In this document: in pieces, positions 63,123-64,000 of the stretch
How positions within the stretch are numbered: the first letter of the stretch is position 1
Layout of the letters: every line of letters begins with the position of its first letter
Assembly (NCBI GenBank): GCA_963593015.1
Contig: CAVAYV010000077.1
Span: 4,351 to 68,350 of the forward strand
Direction of reading: 5' to 3'
Length of the DNA: 64,000 nucleotides
Source: a bacterium
Lineage (GTDB): Bacteria > Bacillota_I > Bacilli_A > RFN20 > CAG-826
Translations under genes and position numbers: made by a program
Notes under the pieces: model-generated
Told to the model about the DNA's origin: nothing
Seen by the model: only the letters and a program-made list of their open reading frames with translations
Database searches by the model: none

Positions 63123-64000
63123 ATGAAAAAATTCAAAAGAATCTTCCTCATTGTGGCCGATTCCGCGGGAATTGGCGAAGAGCCAGATGCTGCCTTATTT
63201 GGCGATTGCGGCACAAACACCTGGATTCATGCCGCTGCCTCAGTGAACGGAATCAATGTCCCGTTTATGGAAAAAATGGGAATCGGGCAATTAGCCGATA
63301 TTCCTGGCGTTAAAAATATCTCCTTTCATCCGAATTCCTATTGTCTGAGACTAAGAGAGGCAAGTAACGGAAAAGACACGATGACGGGCCATTGGGAAAT
63401 GATGGGGGTGAAAACCACCAAACCCTTCAAGACATTCACGGATAATGGCTTTCCAAAAGAACTTATTGATGAACTTGCAAAAAGAACTGGGCATAAAATC
63501 ATCGGAAATTACGCCGCGAGCGGAACGGAAATCCTCAAGGTCTTAGGGGAAGAGCAAAAAAGAGATAATTCTTTGATTGTCTATACTTCCGCCGACAGCG
63601 TCCTCCAAATCGCCGCCCACGAAGAAACTACCGGCGTCGCAGAGCTTTATAGATGCTGCGAAATCGCACGTGAACTTTGCATGAAAGAAGAATGGAAAGT
63701 AGGCCGCATCATCGCAAGACCATTCATCGGCAAGGACAAAGATAATTTCAAAAGAACGTCAAATCGTCATGATTATGCCTTGAAGCCACCTTATGAAACG
63801 GATATGAACGTTTTGATGGATAATGGTTTCATGACTTCTTGCATTGGGAAAATCTCTGATATTTTCGATGGATATGGGGTCAGCAAAACTGTTCATACGA
63901 TTTCTAATGAAGATGGCATGGATAAGACGATCGAACAATGCGAAAACGATGATTTTGAAGGATTATGCTTTGTGAATCTTGTGGAATTCGATAGCGAATA
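63123..64000 (+). CDS. deoB: phosphopentomutase, 3' end truncated by window edge
   Basis: ATG 63123 behind AGGAG. The frame is open to the window end. [26 protein letters not shown] and the rest are characteristic. Absent from the ORF track because there is no stop. Confidence 0.9.
   Translation, partial: MKKFKRIFLIVADSAGIGEEPDAALFGDCGTNTWIHAAASVNGINVPFMEKMGIGQLADIPGVKNISFHPNSYCLRLREASNGKDTMTGHWEMMGVKTTKPFKTFTDNGFPKELIDELAKRTGHKIIGNYAASGTEILKVLGEEQKRDNSLIVYTSADSVLQIAAHEETTGVAELYRCCEIARELCMKEEWKVGRIIARPFIGKDKDNFKRTSNRHDYALKPPYETDMNVLMDNGFMTSCIGKISDIFDGYGVSKTVHTISNEDGMDKTIEQCENDDFEGLCFVNLVEFDSE

Noticed and set aside
1-64000. Mycoplasma-type genetic code (TGA=Trp).
   Set aside because: Multiple well-defined genes terminate at TGA with the next gene starting in an ATGA overlap. 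No conserved protein needs read-through of TGA.

Overview
This 64 kb window is almost entirely core housekeeping genes. About 60 of 63 CDS lie on the + strand, with many 1-8 nt start/stop overlaps. TGA is used as a stop codon (e.g. 1569-1571, 2135-2137, 3124-3126), so the code is standard, not Mycoplasma code 4. Gene order follows Bacillus-type synteny: ysgA-pheST, mraZ-rsmH...ftsAZ, ileS-lspA-rluD, mutS2-uvrC, tig-lon-engB, valS...radC...rplU-prp-rpmA...obg, ruvAB, secDF, recJ, relA, hisS-aspS, and asp23-nusB-xseAB-dxs. All peptidoglycan and shape genes (pbp/mur/ftsW, mreBCD, minCD) are missing from their usual slots. That points to a wall-less, Acholeplasma-like or reduced Bacilli lineage; this placement is inference only. 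RNA features are one tRNA-Arg(UCU), three T-box leaders (pheS, ileS, valS) and a probable L21 leader. I found no CRISPR array, transposase, integrase, prophage or recognisable defence system. The most unusual loci are listed here. (1) A glucosidase operon carries a PucR-type HTH protein plus a MalK-like ABC ATPase whose catalytic motifs are all ablated. (2) A DUF523/TudS-like Fe-S domain is fused to a ~200 aa repetitive basic tail and sits next to an orphan ECF S-component. (3) An ORF-free, iteron-bearing region follows the tRNA, and after it come uncharacterised genes including a Cys/His-rich mini-lipoprotein. (4) HisRS carries a His/Cys-rich C-terminal tail. (5) A -10 box sits directly on the start codon at several genes, suggesting leaderless mRNAs. 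(6) Perfect palindromes and shared motifs occur in several promoters. All homology calls come from motif recognition by eye; no searches were run.
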